Source: Heptranchias perlo (taxonomy: Eukaryota). From it: 64,000 bases of DNA. Of this stretch, positions 1 to 10,789 are shown one piece after another (the first letter of the stretch is position 1; each line of letters begins with the position of its first letter). The notes under the pieces were generated by a model that had not been told where the DNA came from, ran no database searches, and worked only from the letters and a program-made list of their open reading frames with translations. The stretch is taken from positions 20,460,001 through 20,524,000 of the forward strand of contig NC_090352.1 of the NCBI RefSeq assembly GCF_035084215.1, in the 5' to 3' direction. Made by a program: the position numbers and the translations under genes.

Positions 1-184
1 GTTATATCTGATCAAATGATGACTAACTGGACTTGGAAATGAAATTCAAACACTGTAGTGCCAATCAAAATCAGCTCACTTGAAGTTCCAATCTGTTTGT
101 GTGTTTATATCTGCTAAACTGCCTAAATGCTCCATGCCTAAACATGTCCAGTCACACAGCAGCATCAGTAAAGCAAATAAAGAA

Positions 185-622
185 AAGAACTGGCATTTAT
201 ATAGCACCTTTCACATCCTCAGAACATCCCAAATCACTTCACAGCTAATGAAGTACTGTTGACGTGTAGTCACTGATGGGAAACGTAGCAGCCAATTTGC
301 ACACAGTAAGGTCCCACAACAGTAATGAAATAATGACCAGATAATTTGTTTTAGTGATGTTGGTTGGGAAATAAATGTTGGCCAGGACATTGGGGACAAC
401 TCCCCTGCTCCAAAATAGTACCATGGGATCTTTTACGTCCACCTGAGACGGCAGACGGGACCTCAGTTTAACGTCCCATCCGAAAGCCTGCACCTCTGAC
501 GGTGCAGCACTCCCTTGGTACTGCATTGGAGTGTCAGTCTAGATTTTTGTGGTCAAGTCTCCAGAGTGGGACTTGAACCTTCTGAATCAGAGGCGAGAGT
601 GCTACCTGAGTCACAGCTGACA
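185..622 (-). mobile_element. DeuSINE-type SINE (SacSINE1/AmnSINE1-like)
   Basis: Reverse complement of the repeated SINE, from tail GCATTTATATAGCACCTTTCAC to head near 620. Confidence 0.85.
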
Positions 623-2259
623 CTTAAAGAGCATTACACCATTGAAAGCAATATATATGAGGGTGGATTTTATGAATTAATCATTCCTGATGGAAAATTG
701 TCCACCTGATTTCCCAATAGGCTTTCCCACTGCATGAAGCTTCATACGCTGGGGGAAAATTCATAAATTGTACCCTCCCAAGTCTGTTTCACAAGATTGT
801 TGGGAAGACTGCTGGTCATGGCACATACAGGATTAAGGTCAGTTACTGCTCTCTGTTTTTGTAAAGAATACATATTACAATGTGGCTTAGGACAATGCAG
901 AAACATATTGGTGGAGGTTTTCCACTTGTGTGGACACTAGTCCATGATTTTCCTTTCAATCTTTTAATGGATAAGAAAATCACGGGCTGGCAATCACAGT
1001 TCAGGGAGGCCTTGGTCTTCATAGCTTAATTGCTGCCATTTTGCTGGGATAGTGACCCAAATAGATTATCCAAAGTATTTGATACATATCAAAAAATAAA
1101 GTCATTTCAGTCAATTCAAACATACTGTGTAATTGACAACTGTCCATCTAATACAATAGAAATACAATTTTTATTATCTTTGTTTCAGTGTATCTTCAAA
1201 TGATTTTGAATGGTTCATCTGTGGCTGACTTTTTCTCAGTTAGCAGTCAGCAGAGATACTGAACTAACCAGAGGCTCAGTGATTGTATTACACCACATAA
1301 GAAGTGTGCAACTGTATTTCAAGGATCAATTTTATGGTGAGAGTTAGAACAAGAGAAGCATCTTTGATGTTTTGACAAGTTAAGGTTGTCTACAATTTGA
1401 CATCTGAAATTAAATCTATGTCCATAGTATGCATGCAACAGTAGTGTCCCTAACATGGTGCAGCGTGAGTAACAGAATAGAAAATAATAGTGCAACCCTT
1501 TGAATCCTGCACACCCAAACTTCCATGTCTGTAATACTTGTACATTGCAACTGCCAAAGCAAAAAGGCTTTGAATTTGACAAAACTATTGCATGTTGTGC
1601 TACCAAGTCAAAATGCCACCTCCAACCGCATGCTGTATACTCATGTATTCAAACTTCCAAATATCAATCACACCTTTAAGAAACTAAGTTGTTAAGAGCA
1701 GAGCATAGAAGAGCCCCCTTCATATGGATGAGCAGGAGTGAAGAGGCCAGAAATGTTGTGGAATTTGTCCAGGGATTTAGGTAAGTTTGAATGAAATTAG
1801 GGGATACAAAGAGGCCTGAGGGTGCTCTTAGCATAGCCTCCAATTAAAAACTCTAGAAGAATTAGTATTGCCAAACTGACACCTAATTAGTCAGCAGCAT
1901 TTTTTAAAATCTACTATAACCTTCAGGTGGTGGTTTTATTAAATCATATGTCCTTTTATTCTGACATGAACTTCCTTAGTTGTCAATATCTGCGTCTCCC
2001 CTGAGTAGTTGATGGGATCCACAATGAAGGACTGACGATTTGTAATTGTTTAGCATTGTAGGTACAGCACAGGAGGAGGCCATTCGGCCCATCGTATCAC
2101 TGCCGGCTCTTTGAAAGAGCTATCCCACTAGTCCCATTGAAATAACTTGGCCAGTTTATATTGTGTAGAAAAGGGATACGTGGCAGTGATGACAAGGCAG
2201 GGGAAAAAATCCACAGTTGATGACTTCCATTCACTGGTAAATAGGCCTGGGCTACTGAC

Positions 2260-2660
2260 CTGCAATGATCCCCGTGTCGGCGCTCCGCTGATTCTGCCTG
2301 CGGGTGGGGTGGATTTGCTCTGAGGTGGATTGGGGCGGACTGCGTGTTGCCGGGGGGAAGCGCACGCGGCGGGCCGTTTACCTCCGGGGCTGTGGAGAGG
2401 GTGAAGCGCGGGATGAAGATTTGCCGCGTCTGCGAACAGCAGCCACCGAAATACCGGTGTCCGCGCTGCGGCCTGCGGTAGTGAGTACCGCCCTTGCATA
2501 CTGTGGTGGGCCTCGGTGTCGGAGTAGGGCCCTAAGCGGGCTTCACTATAGGGGAGCGGCCGCTCACGGTCGGCGTTAGTTGTAACTCTAGCGGCCTCAC
2601 GGGCTCTTCCTGCCCGTTTAAAGGCCAAATTCGGTCACGGATCCCACGGTTACAGCCGGT
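2260..2660. promoter_or_regulatory. CpG island / ZNHIT3 promoter region
   Basis: GC- and CpG-rich block in an AT-rich background, with a GGGGCGGA GC box near 2332, surrounding the ATG exon. Confidence 0.75.
2413..2480 (+). CDS. ZNHIT3: ZNHIT3 coding exon 1
   Basis: MKICRVCEQQPPKYRCPRCGLR, donor TA|GTGAGT. Confidence 0.92.
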
Positions 2661-5600
2661 GGCTTGGCTCCACTTCTTAAATCTCTTAGGCCTGTTTTCT
2701 CCTCTCCTGTCCTGAAGGAGTTGGCACCGTAACTGGGATGCGGTTCCACTCGCTCTCCTGTACTTTGCCGCTAGACAGTGTCAGCTGGTTGTTTCTGTTA
2801 TGGGGATATTGCAGCCAAGCTTGGTCTCTGATGTGGGATCAAAGCAGGGCCAGGCTTAGCTGTGATACCTTCAAAATTGAATAGCAGGAGTAGCTGAACA
2901 GTGAGCAGGAGATGCTGCTGATTTTTTTAAATTTTCCTCCCCAACCCTCCAGCTGAGATTAGCAAACTGGGCACTTTACCTCTGTCTGAATGCTATGCTA
3001 GACAACTTAAGTACTGTCGGAACTGAAGATGATAGGAGATGGGTATCTGTTTTGTGTATTTTACGGTTGGAGTTAATACTGAAAGTGTTTCCATTTAAGA
3101 TGCTTGAAGGAAGGATTTTAATTGTCAATTATAATTTTGCTTTTGCATTTATTTTCAGTTGTTCTGTGGGATGCTACAAGAAACACAAAGGTATGGATTA
3201 TTCTGTGTGGCTCCCTAAAGCTATGTATAATGTTTTACTGTGTGGATGGATTGGTTGTTAGGTGGTTGTGAAACAGCCAAAGGAAACTTTAATATGTTAT
3301 GGCCAGGCAGCCCATTGACCAATAGATGTAGTGTTTGAGGAGTAGATTATGATATTGGCAGGACCTGTTTGAATCCTCTGTGAATTGACTTTCTCCTTGA
3401 TGGAGGAGTGATGCCAATTCTGGCAACAGTAGCTAACACCTATTGGATTGCAGATGCCAGTAGGATGATGTGTTGTTCAGGGCCTGCACTGTTAAGGGTA
3501 TGAATGGAAAGCCTCCACCTTTTCATCCTTGATCTATTAACATTATTTGTCTCACTCTACTCTGATCTCAAATAGAAATCTCCTAACTCCTTCATTGTGA
3601 AAGCTGCATCCAAGAAGCTTGGTTTCTTTTTATGCTAAGTGCTGCTTTTATCCCTGAACAACTCTTAACTCTATAGAGCCATAAACCACCTGCTCCCATC
3701 TGAGGATAGTTTTTGAATAGCCCTCTTGCATTCCAGAACTGGATGCAAGTCTTTCTTGTATTGATATTACTGTGGTTAGTGCTATTCTGAACTTTGTCTT
3801 GTTCCTCCAATATTGAAATACATCTCCCTACTTTTCTTTGCTCCCCGTTGTGTTGAAATCAAGACTCATCGTACTGTCTCTTACACTAACTCTTTTCCAG
3901 GATATCAAATCTATGGTTTTCCTTTCTTTTGTTATCTGCAGGCCTTTAAAATCTATCAATGTTAAGATTTACCTTGACTTCTCTACTACTGTTTTCAACT
4001 CTGCGCTGTCATAACCCTTTTACGTAGATTTCTCAATTTACTTTTAAAAAAGGACTTAACAAGTGGGAATCCATTTGTGAGGCAATGCATGCAGTATTCA
4101 AGAGCAATGAATTAAAAGGCCAAATCAAATTATCTTTAGACATACCACTCCACCTCCCAGCTGCATAATTGTGACTGAAGCCATAGCTTTTTGAAAAGAT
4201 TCTGCTTTCTGAATTACTGCTGTTTGCTCGTGCTGTAGTGTGAAATCTTCAAGTCCTTTTGTGAGTTAACAGTTGGACAAAGACCCTTTTTGCATATATT
4301 TTTATTTCTGTAAAACAACTAAAAGCAGTACTTTGTTTTACTAGATGATTGTAAACCACAGGAGTCTGGTTCAGTGACAACAATTTCAGAGCTTTCTCCA
4401 GTACTGAAGGGAATAATGCGGCAAGACGGTAAAGGTACAGTTGTAATGTGGCTACAAGAGAAATATCTACATGGTTATAATTGTTTTTAAGGGCTCTGAT
4501 GCTACAAATCCATATCTTCTTCAGTTTGCAAACTGTTCTGGATCCAAATTTCAAAACATAATTTATCAAATATTTTGGGGCACAAAAATATTCAGATGAA
4601 TGAGTTTTACTATAGTTGTGTCAAGCTAATACAAATGTATTATTTATAAGGCACTTATAAACCTGCAGTGGACAGAAAATGTGTGTTTCTTTAGCCATCA
4701 GGTGCAGTAAATATAAACCTTGCAACTTGCATCCCCTTTAGGGATGGGCAATAAATGCTGGCCTTGCTAGCGACGCCCACATCCCATGAACAAATTAAAA
4801 AAACAGGGCTAGATGGACAGCAAACCCAGGAGAGTGGTACTGGGAGGTCAGGAGAGGGGGATAAAAAAATGAACATGGCCAGCATCTGAAGGGGAAAAGG
4901 TGGATTAAAGTTTCAACTCATTTTCTGATCTGATGAAGGATTTATACACAAAGTAAATCCATTTAAAAAAAAATTCTGATGTGCTATGTATTTACAGTAT
5001 TTTCTGGGTTTTAGCTTCAGATTTTGAGCATCTATAGTTTAATATATGCCTACAGAGGGAAGACCAATCACTTGTTAGGCTGCCATTAAATAGTTGAACT
5101 GTGGGTTCTTTCATTATCAGGAACTACCCTCCATTGGTGTCAATAAGTTGTGTTGAAGCCTTTTTTTAAAAAATGTTAACAGGCCACTGCTGGTCCACAG
5201 ATGATATCTTGGGTGAACATGAAGAATCTGATCGGATACCACCAAAGAAACTGAGACTGCTGGGTATGTAGACAAAAATTATTGACTGCAACTAAAAAAA
5301 AAACTGATGAATTGTGGCTTTCTAGCATTTGCTATTAGGAATAACTAACTAGAACCAATTACCTTAATAGTTGCTGTTTCAGCACCTGATTTCCACAGGA
5401 TAAACTGGTTTGGTTCTTGGACAGGTCACTTGAAATGGGTTTCAGTTGTAGTGTTAATGATGGTGACAGCCTCCTTTTCAGGGCCAGGGGGCATCTTAAT
5501 CATTTGCACTCCTGCTCGCTCATCATGTGACAGTGGTCACTGAGGCTTCTAACCCACACTGTGCCCAAGGCCCCAAGACTGCACTACAGAGAGGTAATCG

Positions 5601-6066
5601 ACTACCTCTTCCAAACTATCCATGCGCTTGCTTAGGAGCACTTTCAGTCCTTCCTGGACCGTGGGAGATCCATCCTTGGAGCATGATAGAACTGCTGCAA
5701 TCTTTCTCCCCATGAAACAGGCCAAGTACCTCTGTAGCACCCTTGCAGATGCTGACTGCCAGCCTCATCCCCTGCTCTGGGCTCTGGTGGAGTGGACTTC
5801 AGCCACTAAGGCTTCAGTTTTAAATATGATGGATTATTACACCCCTGTTCATTCTATCTGTTATTCCAACAGCAGAATCAGAGGAGTTGAAGAGTTTACT
5901 TTGTAACCCTCACCTTAGACAGTTGCTGTTGACAGTGGACAAGGCAGAGGATAAAGAAAGCATCATGAAGACAGCCATGCAGGAACCAATTTTTGTGGAA
6001 TTTGCAGATCGGTGTCTACAAACAGTTGAACCCCCAGAGAAAGAAAATGAATTTCTTACCTCCTAG
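2413..6066 (+). CDS. ZNHIT3: Zinc finger HIT domain-containing protein 3 (box C/D snoRNP assembly factor), spliced gene, ~152 aa
   Basis: Exons 2413-2480, 3159-3190, 4345-4428 (or -4434), 5183-5263, 5873-6066 join in frame across GT-AG introns (459 nt). zf-HIT: CRVCEQQPPKYRCPRCGLRYCSVGCYKKH. C-terminal LLCNPHLRQLL...AMQEPIFVEFADRCL. Tail-to-tail with MYO19 as in other vertebrates. Confidence 0.95.
3159..3190 (+). CDS. ZNHIT3: ZNHIT3 coding exon 2
   Basis: ttttcag|(Y)CSVGCYKKHK|gtatgg. Confidence 0.92.
4345..4428 (+). CDS. ZNHIT3: ZNHIT3 coding exon 3
   Basis: ttttactag|(D)DCKPQESGSVTTISELSPVLKGIMRQD; phase 1-1; second in-frame donor after 4434. Confidence 0.7.
4738..4803 (+). mobile_element. 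Isolated LINE 3' tail (second copy on minus strand ~34478-34528)
   Basis: GGGCAATAAATGCTGGCCTTGCTAGCGACGCCCACATCCCATGAA followed by an A-rich end. Confidence 0.65.
5183..5263 (+). CDS. ZNHIT3: ZNHIT3 coding exon 4
   Basis: (G)HCWSTDDILGEHEESDRIPPKKLRLL|gtatgt. Confidence 0.85.
5873..6066 (+). CDS. ZNHIT3: ZNHIT3 last coding exon
   Basis: (A)ESEELKSLLCNPHLRQLLLTVDKAEDKESIMKTAMQEPIFVEFADRCLQTVEPPEKENEFLTS*; three AATAAA signals between 6261 and 6301. Confidence 0.93.
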
Positions 6067-9000
6067 TATAAACTGTCTAACCCTTGACCAAATAGTTTTG
6101 TAATTACTTTGTAAAATTTATAGCTATCCTGGTTTTAATTGTTTTTCTACTTGATTGCAAAATGGAGCTTGAGTACTCAGCAAGTTATTGAATGTGCTGT
6201 GATGCCAAAGGCTTTGAACAATTTTGTTTTCCAAAGTTTGATTGATTTATAAACCATTGTAATAAAATTACTTTAATAAAAGAACATAGCTGAAGAATAA
6301 AACAGTACTCCAAGTAGAGCCTAACTGATGGCTTGGTACAAATTCAACAACATTGTTTTTTTTTTATATACTATGACTATAGATAAAACCCAGAATCCAA
6401 TTTGTCTTCCACCTTTGAAAGATCTGTCCCTCCTTAGTATTTATGATTTACTTCCTTTCATTGTTCAATTCCAGTTGGAATATTTTACATTTATTTGCAT
6501 CTGCTGCCTATCTACTCCCTCTACAAACTTACCTCTACTACATTCTACTTCAGTTTATCATTCTCTGATTTAGTATCAGAGCTTCATTATCATTCCGATA
6601 TACATAAATGGAAAAGAAGTTTAAACCATCACCTACATGTCACCAGTCCAAAAAAAATCCATTTATCCCTACCTTTGCTTTTGTTCCTAACCATGCCTTT
6701 TACATTTTTGTAAGTCTCTTATGTGGCACTTTATCAAATGCAGTCTGAAAAATCCCCATACATTCACCATACTCCTACTTAAAACAAATCCATGTGGTTT
6801 GTTCCTGATTAGTCCATTCCTGTTATAGACGTAGAGGCAGATTTTCCTGTTCCTATGCTCGAGCTTTTGGACTGCCTGGGTGCAATAAATAGAAAAAAAA
6901 AATCAGGTGATAAATAGATGCCAGTAAGAGAGCCTGCCTGATTGTGTCTATTTAAATGTACAGCTGGATGGTGTTGGTGTACATATGGAACCTGACATGA
7001 CTTTGGTTGATGTCACCGATTGGCAGTGTGTAGATAAGAAATAGAGGATAGATCCTACTACTAATACAGGCAGCTTCCCTCCCAATCTCTTGGCCAACAT
7101 TCAACTAGTTGCATTTATATAGCACCTTTAACATAAAATGTCCTACAATTGTGCAACATGATTGAACTGACCAGTTCAAATTTGTCGAGAGTTACAACTT
7201 CTCACTATTATCTCACCAGCAGTTCCTATAAGCCAGAAGTGCTGATGATGGAACTTGTATTTTTGCAATGAAGTGTTATTGTCATTAACTTTTGACAAAA
7301 TAATTAGGCTTCAGAATGATGTAAGAAAGGTAAGTTCTATCTCACTGCAGCCATGTTTACCGCATACCTATATTTAATGAAAATGTAATTACAGAAGAGG
7401 AAAGGACTGCCACTTTAATACTGAGAGTCCTTTAGATCTTCAGTGATTATGGAGTGCAGCGCAGGAAAGAGAGAGTAGTGTGAAGAAAACTTAATCGGGT
7501 CCTAGTCCTGATTGCACTGAGGAGACGATTGCAGTGACCACAGTGCAATCAAGAATAGGACGAGATAGTTTTCTTCACATTTTGTAGAGCACATCAAGAA
7601 TAGGCTGGACTGTGGTGCCTTAATGGTTGAACAGCCAACACCATCTACATTTACACCTGAACAATGACCATTTGGGTTAGGTACCATCTCCCAATGGAAT
7701 TATACCTCAGGACAGGTTAATACTTGCTAGGGAAAAGAACATAGGTATATGTCTCTCTGATCAGTGCGATTATAAACTAATTTGATAAAGGCATATCTAA
7801 ATAAATGTGATACTTCAGAAATTTTAAACCAGACTGAAGATAGCTTCACAAATTATATTCTGAGACGGCACATCACTCAAACAGCAGTCTTACACACCAA
7901 AGAAGGATTCTTTCCATTTTTCAAAACCAGGGTAATTGAATCGCAAGATTCCTGCCTGTAAAGTTGCAAGGGATCGGAGGGATAGAAATCAATTTAAGGA
8001 TTGACACGCACAGAAGTTTCCTACCAGACAACACAAATATCTTAGATTAAAATTGGATTGTGTCAGTCCACAAGAAAATAAAAGCCCAAGAGATAAGAGC
8101 AAAATACCTTAAAGTCTTCCCTTATCTAAAAACAATGCATGCCAAAATGTTTATGCATATATGTTTAATCCTGCACAGATCACTTTCTCATTTGTACATA
8201 CAAACAGTTTACTTTCACTTAATAAGATTACAGTATATAAATACTTAAACAATACATTTATCACGTGTGATTTTTCAAAGAAGCAAATTCCATCATCGAT
8301 CCCAGATTTTTGTTTAGTAACAGCTGCTTGATTTGAAATAATTACAGAATACTGAGAAACACAGAAATTCATGCCAGAGGCTGCACTGCACAAGAGATAA
8401 AAGTACAATGCACTCCATAAGTAACCCAAAAATGTGTACTTTAGGGACATTTTATAAGGCCACTTTGGCCGCATTGTCACTGCTGAGTTCAATGATTGGG
8501 AGTTTGGTAGTAGTAGTAGTTCTTTCCACTACCCTGAAGGATTACCTTCGCTGAGTAAGAGGCAGTTCAGCAACATTTAAAAAAAAAATGAAAACAAATA
8601 CAAATTTGCCAAAGTATTTTTAAAACTAAACATTTTCATTTATGTTAATCCATGGATAATACTTAGTGCAAAATTTTATTGTCCAGTTAAAATTCTTTTG
8701 CAGCTCTCATTAAACTCTCAAATTGCACAAACTATTCATTATACACTATACTATTTAAAAGATTCAAAAATACTTTGGTTATTTCCATAAATGAGAGTTG
8801 AACGTAGTCTTCGCTGTGAACAATTAAGAGATCACAAATCAGCTAGTCCTTGGATGTAGTTTCAACAAAGAAATTTACATGTAGCAAGCCAGTGATACAG
8901 ATCGTAGCAGCAGATTGGATGATGTGGACTCACATCCCAATACTCCAACATGGCGAGTTACTGGCCTCAGCTGGACTCCAGGAAAGTGACAGGAGGGTTG

Positions 9001-10453
9001 ATTCTGAATACTCATTCAACTCTTTAAAATTAAATAGATTTTTATTTAGACTGAATCCATACAGCAATGCAAGAACACGTGCCTGAAAAACAGGAACTTT
9101 GGATTTATGCAGCTTCTCCACCTTGGTTTTGTGATTCTTTTCCTGCAGCCTCTTAGTGAAGGTTACAGAACAGTACCGGGCTGGCCACTTTCCATCATGA
9201 AATGGCAACAAGTGGCAGAAAGCAGAAGCAGAAGAAACACTTCAAAAAAAAATCCGACATTACTTCCTGTGAGAACCTGGATGCTCAGAGTGCTCAACCC
9301 CCATCTCAGTGACAAGTTTACAACCATGTTTTTCTTGTCCCTTCAATCCATTTGCCATTGATTGGTTGAGCACCATCAGCTTCCAGTCAAACAGCTTTTT
9401 CTTCGATTTGGAACTCTATCCACCAGACATATACCTCACCCTGCTTAAACATGGTGTGCTGTTGGCTGATCGCAAAGCAGCATTGATAGTGAAATGTGGA
9501 AGAGTCGAAAGCCTACATTTTTATCCAAATATGCTCAACTGATAGCTGTTTGGAAAGACGACAGTAATCTAAAAATAAAATAATTTAGTGTCTTACAATG
9601 TCATTGTTCAGTACATCTTTAAATGAGGGATTTATGAAGGTAAGATAGCAGGATCTTTACACACGTACCCAAGGGTATGAATGCCGTGCAAGAAAGTAAC
9701 TTGAACTTTTCTATTCCGTATGACCTACATACTGTCAGTACTCAGCATTAGGAGGTCAGTAAAATTGTTTTCCTTGGTTTGCTCCCAAACATCATAGCTC
9801 CAAGCATATACTATAAATATGAAAAACAAAAAAAATAAAAACATAGTAGTGTTATTTAGGCTTAAATTAGTGGAGGCTGTAGAACATGGAATAACTAAGT
9901 GAAAGTCAAAGTATTCTTTTTGTTTGAGATAGGAGTCAGGTTTAAAAAGTGTCTCACATTTAGAAAAAATGACAAAGAAAATATTGTACAAGTTTCTCAA
10001 ATTAAGACATCTCTGAATTAAAAAAAAAGTTAACTGTAGTGCTCCTATGAATACACATTAATTGTTGGCTTTTGTTCAAATCAACCATCCTGAGGTAATG
10101 GCACTTATTTATGTAACATGGATTTTGACATATAAATTGAAATAGAAATGAACTATGATATTTTGGATTGAATTTCTCATCAGAAAAGGCAGTATAAGCA
10201 GTCTTAATAAAAAATGTAGTGTATGCAGTACATGGTTAACTCCTTCACCTCAGGTTGAGATTCTCTAGATGGTCTCAGTAATGCACTGTTCTGGTTTTGT
10301 TTTCTTTAAAATGTTTTTTTTGAATGATCATTTCTTAAAAGTCTTATTGAACTTTGTGAATTTTGTTTAATAGGTGTGAAATTAAAACTAATAGTGCAAA
10401 TACAAATCTACGTTCTTGGAGTAAAATGCATTTTATCCAAACCTCATCACAAC

Positions 10454-10494
10454 ATTTACCTGACGAAGGAGGAAGCCTCCGAAAGCTTGTGAAT
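10454..10494 (+). ncRNA. Minimal type I hammerhead ribozyme motif (PLE-type)
   Basis: ATTTAC-CTGACGA-A-GGAGG-AAG-CCTCC-GAAA-GC-TT-GTGAAT: stem I, catalytic core, stem II and a short palindromic stem III. Confidence 0.7.
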
Positions 10495-10544
10495 TTAAAA
10501 TAAAATTGCTGGACTATAACTTGGTGTTGTAAAATTGTTTACAA
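10454..10544 (+). mobile_element. Penelope-like element terminal fragment with 10-bp TSD
   Basis: TCATCACAAC at 10444-10453 and 10545-10554; body shared with the 39008-39314 insertion. Confidence 0.8.
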
Positions 10545-10681
10545 TCATCACAACCCATCAGTAATTTTTATCTGGGGCTAATCTGATCAAAGTTTGAGCT
10601 GCTTTTCTGGTTATGGCTCACACCAGCAGATTATGTGGGTGATGGGGGCAAGGTATATTGATAAAATTATTAACTTTACAT

Positions 10682-10789
10682 CTATTCCAATAAAATCTGG
10701 TTAAGGCCAATGATTGTGCATTTTTGGTGTTCTGGATAAATATCAGCAAAAAGCAATGGAGATCGTCTGCAGTGAAACTTTACTTGCAC
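10682..10789 (-). CDS. MYO19: MYO19 last coding exon
   Basis: [35 protein letters not shown]. Confidence 0.93.
   Translation of the reverse strand: MQVKFHCRRSPLLFADIYPEHQKCTIIGLNQILLE

Noticed and set aside
2128-2628. 166-aa minus and 91-aa plus ORFs over the ZNHIT3 promoter
   Set aside because: Stop-poor frames typical of a CpG island. The real exon uses another frame (2413-2480).
5500-5820. Short overlapping ORFs in ZNHIT3 intron 4
   Set aside because: Could be a decayed transposon, but I could not identify any motif with confidence.
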